32,000 bases of DNA from Geotalea uraniireducens Rf4 (GTDB taxonomy: Bacteria > Desulfobacterota > Desulfuromonadia > Geobacterales > Geobacteraceae). Below, in pieces: positions 31,782-32,000 of this stretch; positions within the stretch are counted from its first letter, which is position 1, and each line of letters starts with the position of its first letter. The stretch lies in the NCBI RefSeq assembly GCF_000016745.1, contig NC_009483.1, forward strand, positions 450,001-482,000. The letters run 5' to 3'. The notes below the pieces were generated by a model. That model saw only the letters and a list, made by a program, of their open reading frames with translations. It ran no database searches and was not told the origin of the DNA. A program made the translations under genes and the position numbers.

Positions 31782-32000
31782 TTACCTGAACATCGTGTCC
31801 GCCAGCGTGCCGAAGATGATCAGCGCCAGGAAGAAGAGGGGGAAGATGGCAAACGCCCAGACCAGCCTGTTCTCGTAGCGAAGCTGCATGAAATAAAGGG
31901 CGACGAGCGCAGCCTTTGCCGAGGCTATGGCCATGGCGACCGCCACGTTCCCCATCCTCAGGTCCAGGTAGGAGACCCCCCAGGTCGCCCCGGTCAGGAT
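31782..32000 (-). CDS. cytochrome c oxidase subunit IV family protein (prokaryotic COX4/CyoD-like); 3' end only, runs off the window
   Basis: The minus-strand translation ...NVAVAMAIASAKAALVALYFMQLRYENRLVWAFAIFPLFFLALIIFGTLADTMFR* matches the A..KA.LV..YFM.L signature. The stop TAA is at 31782-31784. Confidence 0.6.
   Translation of the reverse strand: MLTGATWGVSYLDLRMGNVAVAMAIASAKAALVALYFMQLRYENRLVWAFAIFPLFFLALIIFGTLADTMFR

Noticed and set aside
1-32000. tRNA, rRNA, CRISPR arrays, transposases and integrases
   Set aside because: Nothing resembling these was seen on reading both strands. The only mobile-element-like items are the short non-coding repeats listed above.

Overview
GC-rich (about 60-65% by eye) chromosomal segment that looks Geobacteraceae-like: multihaem cytochromes built from CxxxxCH/CxxCH modules, GEMM-I riboswitches, a sigma54-type promoter and a selenoprotein. 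Left to right: a Prx-like thiol oxidoreductase whose redox Cys codon is an in-frame UGA (Sec); a 169-bp palindromic intergenic element; a 1726-aa secreted S8 subtilase ending in seven near-identical 273-bp Fn3-like repeats; two small secreted-protein genes, each behind its own GEMM-I (c-di-GMP/cGAMP class) riboswitch with terminator platform; a hybrid sensor kinase broken by a frameshift inside a (GAACG)3 repeat; hypothetical genes; a sharply low-GC (about 40%) three-gene islet; gltB; a divergent acetate kinase paralogue; bcp; a lipoate ligase-family gene; a 4-haem plus 16-haem cytochrome operon; lipA; an M23 peptidase; DUF309 and PhnA-like genes; an orphan gene; then ctaB, ctaA and the 3' end of a cytochrome oxidase subunit IV gene. 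The best candidate for an undescribed system is the islet at 13.7-15.8 kb. It holds an AbiEii/DUF6036-type nucleotidyltransferase translationally coupled to a 223-aa protein carrying an RNxxAH (HEPN) motif, behind a near-consensus promoter overlapped by reiterated palindromes, next to a membrane HExxH protein. Other items worth follow-up are the ctaA/ctaB junction (no start codon in the ctaB frame), heptamer tandem repeats upstream of ctaA, and ATP-site motif loss in the ack paralogue. All calls come from reading the sequence and ORF translations; no searches were run.
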